DNA of 64,000 nucleotides from an uncultured Mycoplasmatota bacterium (GTDB lineage Bacteria; Bacillota_I; Bacilli_A; RF39; UBA660): NCBI GenBank assembly GCA_947571135.1, contig CANOWY010000005.1, positions 479 to 64,478 of the forward strand, read 5' to 3'. Shown piece by piece: positions 63,579 to 64,000 of this stretch (position 1 is its first letter; each line of letters starts with the position of its first letter). The notes under the pieces were generated by a model. It saw only the letters and a program-made list of their open reading frames with translations, ran no database searches and was not told where the DNA came from. The position numbers and the translations under genes were made by a program.

Positions 63579-64000
63579 ATGGAAAAAATTTTAAACAAAT
63601 TGATAGAAAACATTGACTTTGCAATTTATGGTAGCCAAGAGATAAATGTAATAGGAGAAGAGGTATTGGCTTACCTATCTTGTAAAAAACAAGAATTAAT
63701 GAATTTTTTTCAATTTTCCTCTTTTTCACAAGTACAGATAGGGCTATTTAAAAATCGTGAAGATTATGAAAAAAATCTAAATCAAAGTAATCCACACACA
63801 ATTTGCTGTTGTTATAGTAATGTATCACAAAGTCAATTATTCACATACTTAAAAAGAAGTTTATCATGTGAATTAGTGCGTCTTATGTATTCTAAAATTT
63901 ATAAAAATCGCTTTGCAAGATCATTATGGATAGAAGAAGGATTGGTACAATATTTGTCTGGGGAAAAAGATAAATTATTGAAAAGTGCTTTTAATTTCCG
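63579..64000 (+). CDS. Hypothetical protein, 3'-partial at window edge
   Basis: ATG 63579 open to window end. Confidence 0.35.
   Translation, partial: MEKILNKLIENIDFAIYGSQEINVIGEEVLAYLSCKKQELMNFFQFSSFSQVQIGLFKNREDYEKNLNQSNPHTICCCYSNVSQSQLFTYLKRSLSCELVRLMYSKIYKNRFARSLWIEEGLVQYLSGEKDKLLKSAFNF

Overview
AT-rich, low-GC Firmicutes-like chromosomal window. TGA is used as a stop codon and Gram-positive-type RBSs (AGGAGG/GGTG) are frequent. From 5' to 3' the window contains the following.

- **Two-component system (0.4-2.5 kb):** an OmpR-type response regulator and a histidine kinase.
- **NAD salvage/recycling island (2.9-11.6 kb):** pncA, pncB, a Nudix hydrolase, nadE, a prs-like gene, nadD, pncC, a multiply disrupted nadK pseudogene, and the NrtR regulator, with candidate palindromic operators.
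- **Housekeeping and accessory genes (11.8-21 kb):** an orphan DinJ-like antitoxin, XRE regulators flanking a large exported protein, an ASCH protein, PduL, an Rpn-family PD-(D/E)XK nuclease-like protein, dusB, an MntP-like protein and a 3D-domain protein.
- **Type VIIb secretion (T7SSb)-like locus (21.2-33.3 kb):** an essC gene split by a G8 homopolymer frameshift, yukD/esaB, a 1053-aa effector whose C-terminal domain looks like a papain-like cysteine peptidase with an overlapping candidate immunity gene, a G-loop-less Hanks-type kinase, and WXG100-like and small helical proteins. The locus is followed by tRNA-Asn.
- **34-43 kb:** a MacB-like ABC transporter, a PadR-HAAS pair, and a tightly coupled operon of a Clp-D1-like AAA+ protein, two DNPH1/nucleoside-deoxyribosyltransferase-like proteins and a Nudix hydrolase.
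- **Mosaic mobile/defence region downstream of tRNA-His (43.5-64 kb):**
  - an IS481-like element with 16-bp terminal inverted repeats and a large serine recombinase
  - a Lamassu/ABC-3C-like SMC-type ATPase cluster
  - a tyrosine-integrase remnant
  - duplicated small-protein/XRE modules
  - a translationally coupled operon of a radical-SAM protein, a DUF4130 protein and a divergent GroEL-like chaperonin
  - a LigD phosphoesterase+polymerase protein

No CRISPR array or rRNA was seen.
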